DNA of 64,000 nt from Candidatus Latescibacterota bacterium (GCA_963707635.1 OY970173.1:2752001-2816000), one strand, 5' to 3'. Positions 49,494 through 59,239 are shown, numbered from the stretch's first letter. Numbers and translations are program-made. The notes: generated by a model from the letters alone, not told the origin.

Positions 49494-52385
49494 ATGATCA
49501 ACATCTCGACGCCCCTTGCGCGTACCCTCACGCACCTGCCGACGCTGGTGCTGCTCGTTGCCTTTCCTCAATTATCTGCCGGCCAGACCGCCCTCTCACC
49601 CACAAGAGACGTCACTCTCTTCGACCCGCAGTGTGAAAAAGCGAGCGGGTCCGGAGACTATTTGTTTGCGGGGAACACGAACGGACAGGGCCGGCGTCGC
49701 GCGTTGTTGCACTTCGACATTGCCGGGAGTCTGCCGCCCGGCGCCGTGATCCAGAGTGTCACGCTGACCTTGCACATGTCGCAGACCAATACCGGGACGC
49801 GCACCTTCACTCTCCACCGACTGCAGCAGGACTGGGGGGAAGGAGCCTCCAATTCGGGGTCTCCCGGAGGGGGCGGCGGCCCGGCCCTGAATAATGACGC
49901 GACCTGGTGCTACCGCTTCTACAACCAGGGTGATCCCGGCGCTTCTCCCGTGTGGTCGCCCTACGGCGGCGAGTTCGACACCACGGCGAGCGCGTCGGCG
50001 GGCGTGGACGGAGTCGACTTCTACTCATGGACGTCGCCGCAGATGGTCGCCGACGTGCAGAGCTGGCTCGACAATCCTGCCTCCAACTTCGGCTACATCC
50101 TGATCGGGCAGGAGGGCACCTTGCAGACCGCGAAGCGCTTCGACTCGCGCACGAACCCGACGATCAACCTGCGCCCCGTACTGCTGGTTGAGTACGGCCC
50201 CCCGCCCGCGCCACCGGAGGTCGCGGTGCTGTCCCCCAACGGAGGCGGAACGGTCACGGCCAACACGGGGACCCTCGCCCAGTGGACGGCAACCGACGCG
50301 AGCGGAATTGCCAGGATCGACCTGTACGTTTCGATCGACAACGGGCTCTCGTTCGACCGGGTTGCGATCGATCTTCCCCATACCGGATCGTACACATGGT
50401 TTCCCGCCAATCGCCCCACGACGCAGGCTCGGTTCCGTGTCGTCGCGACTGACAACACCAGTGTCAGCAATCAGGACGACAGCGATATGCCGTTCACCAT
50501 TCTCTCTCCGCCGGGCGGCATCGTGCCCACGACGCTGCGCGACTTCGATCAGCCCGGCACGCAGCCGTTCGACGCGGGCAAGCTCAAGGACCCCGAGAAC
50601 TGTGCCACCTGCCACAGCGGCTACGGACAGACCGCGGTGGAGCCCTACTACAACTGGCAGGGCAGCATGATGGCCAATGCATCGCTCGATCCCCTGTTCG
50701 AGGCAGCGCTGGCGATCGCGAACCAGGACGCACCGGATTCCGGCGATCTCTGCCTGCGATGTCACAACAGCCGCGGCTGGCTGGGCGGCCGCTCGATTCC
50801 GACCAGTGGGACGCAGATGGCCGACCAGGACAAGATTGGCGTTTCGTGCAACCTTTGTCATCGCATGGTCGACCCGATCGCCAACGCGGAGAATCCGGCC
50901 GAGGATGCCGCCGTCCTCGCCGCGCTCGATGAAGTTCCCGCCGAGTTCGGCACCGGCATGTACGTCGTCGACCCGAATGAGTCGGCTCGCCGCGGTCCTT
51001 TTGCCGATGCGGCCAGTGGTCACCCGATACTGGTTTCGCCGTTCCACCGCGAAGCGGCGCTGTGCGGAACGTGCCACAACGTCAGCAACCCGGCGTTCAC
51101 TCGCGATGCGGGCGGCAATTACGTGCCCAACGCGTTCGATACGCCCGCGCCCAGCTTCTCGCCGGACTCCATCATGGCGGTCGAGCGCACGTACAGCGAG
51201 TGGTTGTTCAGCGCGTACAACACCCCGGGCGGCGTGTACGCGCCCGAGTTCGGAGGCAACAAGACCTACGTCTCGACCTGTCAGGATTGCCACATGCGGG
51301 ATGTCACCGGCAAAGGCTGCAACAACGTCGCCGCGCCGGTCCGGTCGGACCTGCCGCTGCACGACCTGACGGGTGGAAGCACCTGGATACCCGGACTCCT
51401 GAGCACACTGCACCCGACGGTGGCCAACGACGCCGCGCTCCAGGACGGAATCATTCGGGCGCGCTACATGCTCCAGAACGCGACCGAGTTGTCACTCGTA
51501 TCGGCCGACTCACTGCTCAGAGTGCGCGTGACAAACCAGACGGGGCACAAGCTGCCAACCGGCTATCCGGAAGGCCGCCGCGTCTGGCTCAACGTGAAGT
51601 TCTACGACCAGTCCATGGCCCTCGTCGGCGAGTCCGGGGCGTACGACGCAAGTACCGGGGTACTCACGCATGATGCCGAAGCCAAGATCTACGAGATCGA
51701 GCCCGCCACGAATGGTATTCCCGGAGTTCCGGACGGCTCCCGGTTTCATTTCGTCCTGAACAACACCGTGCTCAAGGATAATCGCATCCCGCCGCGCGGT
51801 TTCACGAATGCTGCTTACGCTGCGTTTGGAGGCCCGCCGGTCGGACACGCCTATGCCGACAGCCAGTACTGGGACGACACGGAGTACGTCATCCCGACCG
51901 GCGCGGTGAAGGCCGAAGTGACGCTGTACTACCAGAGCACCTCGAAGGAGTACGTGGAGTTCCTGCGTGACCAGAACACCACGAACACCAGGGGACAGGA
52001 GATGTTTGACGTATGGAACAACAACGGCAAGTGCCCTCCCGAAGTAATGAACACCCTGTCGGTGGACTTCAACTTGACCGCGGTTGATGACAGCCCGGCG
52101 CCCGTGACGCGTCTGGGTCAGAATTACCCGAATCCGTTTAACCCGAGCACGTCGATCCAGTATTCCATCGGCGAACGAGGACACGTCACGTTGCGGGTGT
52201 ACGACGTGGCTGGACGGCTGGTGCGCACACTCGTGGACGCGGACCGCGCGCCCGAGGCCGGCTGGCTGAGCGTTACCTGGGACGGCAGGAACGATACCGG
52301 CGAGCCGGTGTCCAGCGGATTGTACTTCTACCGCCTGACGGTAAACGGCCACCGGGAAACCAGAAAGATGGTGCTTCTGCGATAG
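49494..52385 (+). CDS. Secreted five-haem cytochrome c with N-terminal DNRLRE-like domain and FlgD-Ig CTD
   Basis: CATCH, CLRCH, CNLCH, CGTCH, CQDCH; RRALLHFD...W.EG; GHKLPTGYP; QNYPNPFNP...RKMVLLR. Confidence 0.85.
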   Translation: MINISTPLARTLTHLPTLVLLVAFPQLSAGQTALSPTRDVTLFDPQCEKASGSGDYLFAGNTNGQGRRRALLHFDIAGSLPPGAVIQSVTLTLHMSQTNTGTRTFTLHRLQQDWGEGASNSGSPGGGGGPALNNDATWCYRFYNQGDPGASPVWSPYGGEFDTTASASAGVDGVDFYSWTSPQMVADVQSWLDNPASNFGYILIGQEGTLQTAKRFDSRTNPTINLRPVLLVEYGPPPAPPEVAVLSPNGGGTVTANTGTLAQWTATDASGIARIDLYVSIDNGLSFDRVAIDLPHTGSYTWFPANRPTTQARFRVVATDNTSVSNQDDSDMPFTILSPPGGIVPTTLRDFDQPGTQPFDAGKLKDPENCATCHSGYGQTAVEPYYNWQGSMMANASLDPLFEAALAIANQDAPDSGDLCLRCHNSRGWLGGRSIPTSGTQMADQDKIGVSCNLCHRMVDPIANAENPAEDAAVLAALDEVPAEFGTGMYVVDPNESARRGPFADAASGHPILVSPFHREAALCGTCHNVSNPAFTRDAGGNYVPNAFDTPAPSFSPDSIMAVERTYSEWLFSAYNTPGGVYAPEFGGNKTYVSTCQDCHMRDVTGKGCNNVAAPVRSDLPLHDLTGGSTWIPGLLSTLHPTVANDAALQDGIIRARYMLQNATELSLVSADSLLRVRVTNQTGHKLPTGYPEGRRVWLNVKFYDQSMALVGESGAYDASTGVLTHDAEAKIYEIEPATNGIPGVPDGSRFHFVLNNTVLKDNRIPPRGFTNAAYAAFGGPPVGHAYADSQYWDDTEYVIPTGAVKAEVTLYYQSTSKEYVEFLRDQNTTNTRGQEMFDVWNNNGKCPPEVMNTLSVDFNLTAVDDSPAPVTRLGQNYPNPFNPSTSIQYSIGERGHVTLRVYDVAGRLVRTLVDADRAPEAGWLSVTWDGRNDTGEPVSSGLYFYRLTVNGHRETRKMVLLR

Positions 52386-52391
52386 CCGTTG

Positions 52392-52525
52392 GCCGGGGTT
52401 GTTTTACCAGGTGCCGGCGCCTATCTCGATGACGTAGCGCAGCGTATCGATCTCGAAGAATCCGTTTCCCACAGCGTCGGAGATTAGCAGGAGCACGACG
52501 AGCGCGAGGAGAAAACAACCCCGGC
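52392..52525. repeat. 134-bp element bounded by perfect 14-bp inverted repeats
   Basis: GCCGGGGTTGTTTT (52392-52405) ... AAAACAACCCCGGC (52512-52525). Confidence 0.6.
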
Positions 52526-52662
52526 GCGGGCGATATGACTGCGACCTCTGTCATGTCGATGAATCATGATCCGCGCGAGTCTAGCCGACCTGACCTGTAC
52601 GCGTGGAGAAACTTTGAAGATGACCCGGGACGGAGGCGTGCAACGGCGTCTATACTGCGGAC

Positions 52663-53453
52663 GTGACCCACACTCGTTCGATTGCCGCCGCCCAGACGAT
52701 ACCGGTCCGCGGTGACGTGGACACGAACATCGAGCGTCACATCCGACTGGTTCATGCCGCAGCGGAGGAGCGCGCGCGAGTTCTCGTCTTTCCTGAATTG
52801 TCGCTGACGGGCTATGAGCTCGATCTCGCCGGCGAGTTGGCCTTTTCGGAGAACGATCCACGCCTGGCCCCTCTCGTCGAGGCGGCGGCGTCCTGTGCCA
52901 TGACCCTCGTCGTCGGAGCGCCGGTGAGGATTGATACGCGGCTCTACATCGGGGCGTTCATCGTGTCTCCGGACCGCGCTCTCGACCTCTATACGAAGCA
53001 GCGCCTGGGGGCGTTCTCGGACAGCGCGAAAGTCGACGGCATCGTGCCGCCTGCCGAAGCGACCTTTTTCTTCCCGGTGACCGGAACCCACTCGTCCAGG
53101 TCGATGGTCATACCGCGGCGGTCGCGGTGTGCGCCGATACCGGCCGCCCGTCCCATCCGCAGGCGGCGGCGGATCGCGGTGCCAGGACCTACCTGGCGAG
53201 CATGTTCGTAATTCCGTCCGAGTTCGAAAGAGAGGCCGCCAACCTTGGCGCCTACGCCGCGCGGCACACGATGGCTGTCGTCTTCGCGAACTACGGCGGT
53301 CCATCGGGTGGACTCGCTTCCGGCGGACGAAGCGCCATCTGGTCCGAAAAGGGCGCACGGTTGGTTCAACTCGAGGCAAGCGGCGCCGGCGTCGCGGTCG
53401 CCACCGAAACTCCGGCGGGTTGGCGTGCCCGCACGATCACCATCGCACGATGA
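52663..53453 (+). pseudogene. Carbon-nitrogen hydrolase (nitrilase superfamily), frameshift near 53070
   Basis: VFPELSLTGY and YTKQRL in one frame; AVAVCAD...ANYGG..GG.SAIW in the shifted frame after TTTTTCTTCCC. Confidence 0.8.
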
Positions 53454-53462
53454 CGCCGGAGG

Positions 53463-53498
53463 AAAAAGAGAGGGCCGGCCCGAACGGCGCCGGCCCTC
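53463..53498 (-). terminator. Hairpin terminator oriented for the minus strand (possibly bidirectional)
   Basis: GAGGGCCGGC...GCCGGCCCTC stem with an A-run on its left side. Confidence 0.6.
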
Positions 53499-53529
53499 GC
53501 ACGGCACGCGATTCGCGCGCGAACTCCTG

Positions 53530-53610
53530 CTATCGATACAGGCTCTTGACCTGACCCCACGTCGCCGGTTGCACGGGCAACGGGCCGGTCAGGTACTCCC
53601 CGCTGAGTGA
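53530..53610 (-). pseudogene. Orphan 3' gene fragment ending in a PVQPATWGQVKSLYR tail
   Basis: Manual minus-strand translation SLSGEYLTGPLPVQPATWGQVKSLYR*; in-frame stop upstream at 53692-53694; no convincing start. Confidence 0.55.
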
Positions 53611-53773
53611 ACGTCCGCTGGATCGTCGAGTTGCACTTTCGCGACATCCCTGCAAACTAACGCCCTTCGATGGCCATCCCAAGCCTCCGATTCACGCCGA
53701 GGCCATCCCGGGCCCCACACCACCCGGCACAACGTGATATCCCGCTCCCCCGTGATCCCCGACCGCATCAACC

Positions 53774-53788
53774 TGGCACACGCCATGC
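53774..53788 (+). promoter_or_regulatory. sigma54 promoter candidate
   Basis: TGGCACACGCCATGC, about 120 nt upstream of ATG 53909. Confidence 0.45.
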
Positions 53789-53908
53789 GGCATTACCGGC
53801 GTTTGCCAAAATCACCAAACGCCGATGCGCCGGTTGATTCCACTCCGCCGGCGCTGGCTCACATGAAATCTGCTTGGTGAGTGTGTTCGCCAACAGGGGG
53901 ATAGCACG

Positions 53909-55201
53909 ATGAGCTTCAATGATCCCATGCTTCGCGCGATTGTGAGCGTCGTCGCGTTTCCAATGCTGTTTCAGAGTGCGCTCATAGCCTTCGCCTGGGG
54001 CGCCGGAGACGATACCTGGCTCCTGGTCGCCAAGCGGATATTCATGCTCCTTCCGGTTTCCGCGGTCGTGGTCGCGTGCTGGGCGAGCGTCCTCTCGGTG
54101 GTGTCCATCCCGGTCCGGAGCGCGCGCCAGGAGTTCACCACCGCGTTGTTCGTGACGTGGTGGGACCTCGGCAAGTCGGTGCTGTCGTTCTGGGGCGGCG
54201 CGTTTCGCTTCGCCGTGGAACTGCTGCTGGCTATCCTGGCGGTCGGACGTGTGGGTGCTTTCGCGGTGTGGGCGCTCATCCACGACATGCTCATGCTGCC
54301 GTTTGCGTTCCTGCGTCACGTGGCCGGCAACGTCGTACGCTCGCCGATACCGTGGATCGCGGTCACGCTGACGCTGGCCTGGTGCGCGATCGAGACGACG
54401 ATCTTCACCTACGTCATGTCGCCGGTGGTCATCGACACCTTCTCGAACATCACCGGTGAAACGTTCAAGGAAAGCTTCATACGCGTGCCGCTATTCCTGT
54501 TCCTGTTCTTCGTGGTCATGGGAAGCTATGCGGTGCTGTCGACCTTCGTCGATGCGATCAAGGGCCGGAGCTTCCAGCAGATCGCGGGCATCCTGGTCAT
54601 CGAGTGCGTCGTGATCTTCGTCGAGGTCATGTTCCTCTACCGCGAGTTCGTCGACGCGCTGGTGCCCTGGTTCGCCCAGTACTCGTCCAACTTCGAGCTC
54701 GGCATCTACGGCACCATCGGGATCGCGTGCTTCGCATGGTTCGGTATCCGGAGTCTTTCGTGGTTCCTGTTTGCCGCCCATGGCACGCCGACCATCATGG
54801 CGGTCATCCAGGGGCGCGGCCTTGAATCCTGGGAAGCCGTTGCGCCGCAGCGCGCGCGCATCTTCGAGATTACCAACGCGTACTGGACGCGGATGCATCA
54901 GGACGCAGCCTGGATCCGGCAGCGCGGCGACTCCCTGCTATCGTCGTTCATGCTGCCGCCGCTGCAGGTCGTGGCGGCCGCCATCAACTTCTGCACGCTC
55001 GCCTTGTTGAGCAAGCATCTGTTCTCCCTGCCGTTCGAGAATCTGAACGCGATCCGCTACTCGGAGACGATGATTCGCGACTTCAAGAAGCGCTCGGGCT
55101 TCCACGCTCCGTCGTCAACCACCACTCGCGGGCACGACGTGAGACGGCTCGATCCCGACATGGACCCGGATGCTGCCACGTTGACGGCAGGTCGCTCGTA
55201 A
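53909..55201 (+). CDS. Polytopic membrane protein of unknown function
   Basis: 430 aa, about 8-9 hydrophobic segments, clean codon usage, AGGGGG RBS. Confidence 0.78.
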   Translation: MSFNDPMLRAIVSVVAFPMLFQSALIAFAWGAGDDTWLLVAKRIFMLLPVSAVVVACWASVLSVVSIPVRSARQEFTTALFVTWWDLGKSVLSFWGGAFRFAVELLLAILAVGRVGAFAVWALIHDMLMLPFAFLRHVAGNVVRSPIPWIAVTLTLAWCAIETTIFTYVMSPVVIDTFSNITGETFKESFIRVPLFLFLFFVVMGSYAVLSTFVDAIKGRSFQQIAGILVIECVVIFVEVMFLYREFVDALVPWFAQYSSNFELGIYGTIGIACFAWFGIRSLSWFLFAAHGTPTIMAVIQGRGLESWEAVAPQRARIFEITNAYWTRMHQDAAWIRQRGDSLLSSFMLPPLQVVAAAINFCTLALLSKHLFSLPFENLNAIRYSETMIRDFKKRSGFHAPSSTTTRGHDVRRLDPDMDPDAATLTAGRS

Positions 55202-55233
55202 CGAACGTGGTTTCATCCAGCGGGAGGAAGAAC

Positions 55234-56013
55234 ATGAAGCGGAACTTCGCACTCATCGTCCCGATCGTGCTCCTTCTCGGCGTTGCCGCGTTGACCGGGT
55301 GTGACGTCGCCGGCGGGGCCGAGTCGGACACGCCGAGACAGTCGCTGTTCATCGGCGTCGACATAAGCGGCTCGTTCATGAATGGGGGAAACTTCAACGA
55401 CTCCCTCGAGTTTCTCTCCTATTACATCTACGGCCACCTCAACGGGGCCGGCGGCATGGAGCGCCCGAACGCGTTGTTCGTGAGCTCGATCGGAGGGGCA
55501 CGAGAGGGAGAGCCCAAGACGTTTTTCCCGATCCAGACCTTCGAGAACAAGTCCGTGGAGGAGATTCATGCGACGCTCCTTGACATGTTCCCGAAGGAGA
55601 GCCCCAATCCGTTCACGGACTACAACGCGTTCTTTGAACAGGTGGCGTTTACCGTTCGCAGCAAGAACCTGGTGCTTCGCCCGATCACGATCGTCATGGT
55701 GAGCGACGGCGTGCCGGACGTGTCGCGGGGCACGAAGTTCGAGTACGCAGCGGTCGAGCTCAAGCCGCTGGAGAGGCTGGCGAGGAACGTCACCGTGCGG
55801 CTGCTGTATACGGATGCCGTCGTCGGCAAGAGCTGGCAGACCGGAGTGAGCCGCAAGCGGGTCAAAGTCTGGACCCAGGACGCGGTGGTCATGCGCTCCT
55901 GGAAGGACCCGAAGATCATGGTCGCGGACGTTCCCTTCGGCGAACAGCCGCATTTCTTCGACTGGGTAGACGACAATGTCGACTTCGGGGTCCGATCACA
56001 CCGGGTGAACTAG
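55234..56013 (+). CDS. VWA-domain lipoprotein
   Basis: Lipobox LTGC; MIDAS-like VDISGS, TD, VSDG. Confidence 0.75.
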   Translation: MKRNFALIVPIVLLLGVAALTGCDVAGGAESDTPRQSLFIGVDISGSFMNGGNFNDSLEFLSYYIYGHLNGAGGMERPNALFVSSIGGAREGEPKTFFPIQTFENKSVEEIHATLLDMFPKESPNPFTDYNAFFEQVAFTVRSKNLVLRPITIVMVSDGVPDVSRGTKFEYAAVELKPLERLARNVTVRLLYTDAVVGKSWQTGVSRKRVKVWTQDAVVMRSWKDPKIMVADVPFGEQPHFFDWVDDNVDFGVRSHRVN

Positions 56014-56054
56014 CGGGCGGGCGGCAACGCGGACCAGCCAGTAGATCCGTTTCT

Positions 56055-56927
56055 TCATTTCCGCAGCCGGCCATGGATGGCGCGCGCAAAGCGCCCCGGT
56101 GCTTCCGGATCCCGCGCTAGAAACATGAGTGGCTCGAAGACCTCCAGCTCCATCAGCAGGAATCTTCCGTCCTTCACCACGCCATCCACGCGGGCATAGA
56201 CCGGCAAGGCCGGGGCGTGCGCAATGCACACGCGAGCCTGTGCCACCAGCGCCTCACTGACCTCCACGTCTTCGTCGGTTCCCCCGTACTGAAATTGTAC
56301 CCGGTACTCACCCGCCCGGGGTCGCTTGCGCACCGCGTGGCTGTAGTCTCCGTCGAAGAACAGCAGTGACAGCTCGCCCTCGAAAATCTCCGGCAGGAAC
56401 GGCTGCACCAGTACACCACGATCTACCAGAGTCTGCGTAATGTCGTCCGCGTAGCGTGGGAGCTCATCCAAACGAAAGCGATATGTGCGATAGCCGCCGC
56501 CACCGATCGTGGGCTTGACAACGATCTCGTTCCACCCGCGTTCTCGGGCCAGGGTGGCGATGTCGGCCTGCTCCTGCCGTGCGATGCAAATCGTTGGCAC
56601 GAGCTCGACGCCCTTGCGCGCCAAGTCCTGCAGATAACTCTTGTCGAAATTCCAATCGAGAATCTCCCCCGAGTTGCACATCAAGACACCGCTCGCGATG
56701 CGGGCGTCGAGCCAGCTGCGGAACTCGGCCGCGCGTTCGAAATAATCCCAGGGCGTGCGCATGACCAGCGCGTCGAAGGACGTCCAGTCGATGTCGGCAC
56801 GGCTCCACACCGCGGGAACCGCGCTGATACCAATATCTTCGAGCGCGGAGACCAACAAGAGGTCATCCTCGTAGAGCAATGAATACTTCTCACAGGTCAC
56901 AAGGGCAACGCGAGGCTTGGACGCCAT
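56055..56927 (-). CDS. ATP-grasp ligase (RimK/glutathione-synthetase-like)
   Basis: RTPWDY, WNFDKSYL, VVKPTIG, LVQPFL, YARVD, LMELEVFEP. Confidence 0.85.
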   Translation of the reverse strand: MASKPRVALVTCEKYSLLYEDDLLLVSALEDIGISAVPAVWSRADIDWTSFDALVMRTPWDYFERAAEFRSWLDARIASGVLMCNSGEILDWNFDKSYLQDLARKGVELVPTICIARQEQADIATLARERGWNEIVVKPTIGGGGYRTYRFRLDELPRYADDITQTLVDRGVLVQPFLPEIFEGELSLLFFDGDYSHAVRKRPRAGEYRVQFQYGGTDEDVEVSEALVAQARVCIAHAPALPVYARVDGVVKDGRFLLMELEVFEPLMFLARDPEAPGRFARAIHGRLRK

Positions 56928-56949
56928 TTGAGGGTGCTTCTGCGACAGG

Positions 56950-58014
56950 TTACTTGCGTGAAGTGCGATAGAGCGCCTTGATCTCGCTCATGGTTGCCGT
57001 CTTCGTCGCGACCGTCGCGATCGACCGGCGCCACAGCCCGTCTACGCGGGCTGCATACAGCATGTTATCGTGCGTGGCCAGGCCAAGTATAAAGGCAAAC
57101 GGCAGCACGTCGAGAATCTGCCAACTGGCGCCGTTGTCGTGACTGTACTCGATTGCGGCGAAGGTGGGCGTTCCGAAGGACGCCAACACATCGGGCTGCC
57201 GAATCGCGAACGCGACGTTAACGAGCGGACCGAGCCCAACATCCAAAAACGTCCACGGTGATTGCCCCTGGGGGCTGTGGAATACTCCCTTGTTTGTGCC
57301 GACCACCCATCGGCTTCCGGTCCATATCGCGGTGAATGCCGAGGTCCCTGGAGACAGCGCCACGTTCTTGAGCCAAGAGTCCGTCCAGTCGCTCTCGCCG
57401 GGATCGCGGAAGAACACCATGCCGTTGGAACCTGCGCAAGCGAGAAGCCGCGTTCCGCCCTCGGTTATGCTGCTCATGTTCGAGGCCTGATTCGGTTCGA
57501 ACACCTCTCCAAAGTGGCTCCACGATCCAGCACCGGCGAGGTTTCGCAACCACGGTCCGTCGCCCGCGGTCGCAGCGTACAGTTTGTTGTCGCTCACCAA
57601 GAGATCGACAATGAAAAGTTGCGTGTTGAGAATCCCGCCGACGAGACCCTGGTTGAACCCGAGCCACGTGTCACCAAGGTCGTCGCTGACGAACACACCC
57701 TGCCCGAAGGTCCCCGCATAAAGCCGTCCATTGCGCACTCGGGCTGCCTGCACCGACGTCACACCCGCCGCCACCACGGCGGAACCCTTCCACATGACAC
57801 CCCCGTCGGTGCTGACATAGACGACGCTGTCGGCGGTCGCGATGACGGTGTCGCCATTCGCCCACACCGAAAAGATGGTGGTGGCGGGCACCTCCGACAC
57901 GGGCGACCACTGGGCCGCGGCGGGCGCCGCCGCCGCGAGGAAGACGGCGGCAACGATGTTCCAACAAGTGACGAACCGAAGAAGAAGTGAGTTCTTCATT
58001 TGGTGCACAAACAT
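56950..58014 (-). CDS. Secreted BNR/WD40-like beta-propeller protein
   Basis: Signal peptide AAAQW; STDGG..W, SDDLGDTW, SHDNGASW Asp-boxes; tail TATMSEIKALYR. Confidence 0.78.
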   Translation of the reverse strand: MFVHQMKNSLLLRFVTCWNIVAAVFLAAAAPAAAQWSPVSEVPATTIFSVWANGDTVIATADSVVYVSTDGGVMWKGSAVVAAGVTSVQAARVRNGRLYAGTFGQGVFVSDDLGDTWLGFNQGLVGGILNTQLFIVDLLVSDNKLYAATAGDGPWLRNLAGAGSWSHFGEVFEPNQASNMSSITEGGTRLLACAGSNGMVFFRDPGESDWTDSWLKNVALSPGTSAFTAIWTGSRWVVGTNKGVFHSPQGQSPWTFLDVGLGPLVNVAFAIRQPDVLASFGTPTFAAIEYSHDNGASWQILDVLPFAFILGLATHDNMLYAARVDGLWRRSIATVATKTATMSEIKALYRTSRK

Positions 58015-58026
58015 GGTTGGTGGCCG

Positions 58027-58515
58027 CTACGGGACCCAGCCGGGCAGGGCCGCCGCTTGCCGGATCCAGGTCGTCATCCGCGCCTCGTCGAGCGGGTCGT
58101 TCTCATGGATATCGAGGTAGCGCACTTCGTCGTGCTTGGACTTGCCGGGGGGCAAAGGACGCAGTGACGTGCCGCGGAAGAAAGCCACTTTGACGTACTT
58201 CGTGAAGCAATGAATGCTGAGGAACCAGCCCTGGCCCTCGATGCCATAGAAGGGCGAGTTCCACTTGACCGCCTTGCGCACGTTGGGGGCGGTGCGCACG
58301 ATGAGCGCGTCGAGCCGGCGCCCGACGTCGCGTTTCCAGCCCGGCATGGCCGCGATGTAGGCCTGCACCGGGGCGTCGCCGTCGGCCTTCGCGATCTGAG
58401 GGTTGCCGCCTGCAAGCAGGGTCGGCTTCGCGGCCCTGGTCGCCTTCGCAGCGCCCCGCGTGGCGGCAGCCTTCTTTCCGACCTTCGCGGACTTCCTGGA
58501 TGCCTTGCTCGCCAT
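58027..58515 (-). CDS. DUF1801 (YdhG-like) protein
   Basis: GGNPQIAKADGDAPVQAYI, KAVKWNSPFYG, FFRGTSL. Confidence 0.85.
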   Translation of the reverse strand: MASKASRKSAKVGKKAAATRGAAKATRAAKPTLLAGGNPQIAKADGDAPVQAYIAAMPGWKRDVGRRLDALIVRTAPNVRKAVKWNSPFYGIEGQGWFLSIHCFTKYVKVAFFRGTSLRPLPPGKSKHDEVRYLDIHENDPLDEARMTTWIRQAAALPGWVP

Positions 58516-58570
58516 TGTCTTTCCTCCCGGACTGCGGTGACTTCGACCTGCGCGAATTGCAGCTCAGAGT

Positions 58571-59065
58571 CTACCGTTTCTTCGCCGGCGGGCCGTTCAG
58601 GGCCACCGCGACTTTCACGAGCGCCTTGAACGCCGCGGCGTCGACCTTCTCCCCTTCGTGGATGTCGATCGCCCTTCGCGTGTTGCCTTCCAGGCTGGAA
58701 TTGAAGAGGCGCGATGGGTCCGGGATCCTGGCCCCCCGCGCGAACGTGAGCTTCACGACCTTCGTGTACATCTCCCCTGTACAGACGATGCCGTTGTGCG
58801 ACCAGACCGGGACCCCCGCCATCGCATTCGACGGCTTCCTCCATTTCTGTTCCTCGATCATGTCGGGGTCGGCCGCCAGGATCAGCGCCCGCATGCGGGC
58901 CAGGGTCTCCTCGCGCCAATCCCCCAGGTCGCCGGTCCGCCGGTCGATGACCCGGGAAGTGGGTTTTCGGGTCGCGCCTGCCTTGGGCGTAGCTTTGGGC
59001 TTGGTGGCCCGCTTGCGTGGTTGGCTTGAGCGCGACGTGCCACTCCGCCTTGGTTTTGGCGCCAT
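58571..59065 (-). CDS. DUF1801 (YdhG-like) protein
   Basis: DWREETLARMRALI, GVPVWSHNG, LFNSSLEGNTRRAID; AAAGGAG RBS. Confidence 0.85.
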   Translation of the reverse strand: MAPKPRRSGTSRSSQPRKRATKPKATPKAGATRKPTSRVIDRRTGDLGDWREETLARMRALILAADPDMIEEQKWRKPSNAMAGVPVWSHNGIVCTGEMYTKVVKLTFARGARIPDPSRLFNSSLEGNTRRAIDIHEGEKVDAAAFKALVKVAVALNGPPAKKR

Positions 59066-59167
59066 GGCCAATTCTCCTTTCGTGAGGGGGTGATACGGCC
59101 TTTCGTCATGCTCCGCCAGGTTCGCGCCCGAATCATACCACGTACAGCCGTTGCCACGGCGGGCACG

Positions 59168-59239
59168 GGAGCGGGAGCGCAACGAATCACGTGGGATGGC
59201 CGCAACGACGACTGGTTAGGCGTGGCGTCCGGCGTGTAC
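59168..59239 (+). pseudogene. Orphan fragment of a FlgD-Ig CTD
   Basis: Reads GAGAQRITWDGRNDDWLGVASGVY on the + strand with no parent gene. Confidence 0.55.

Noticed and set aside
52392..52525. Integron attC site
   Set aside because: No correctly oriented RYYYAAC...GTTRRRY ends, no cassette array and no integrase in the window
56055..56927. RiPP (graspetide) cluster around the ATP-grasp gene
   Set aside because: No precursor-like peptide, transporter or other tailoring genes are adjacent
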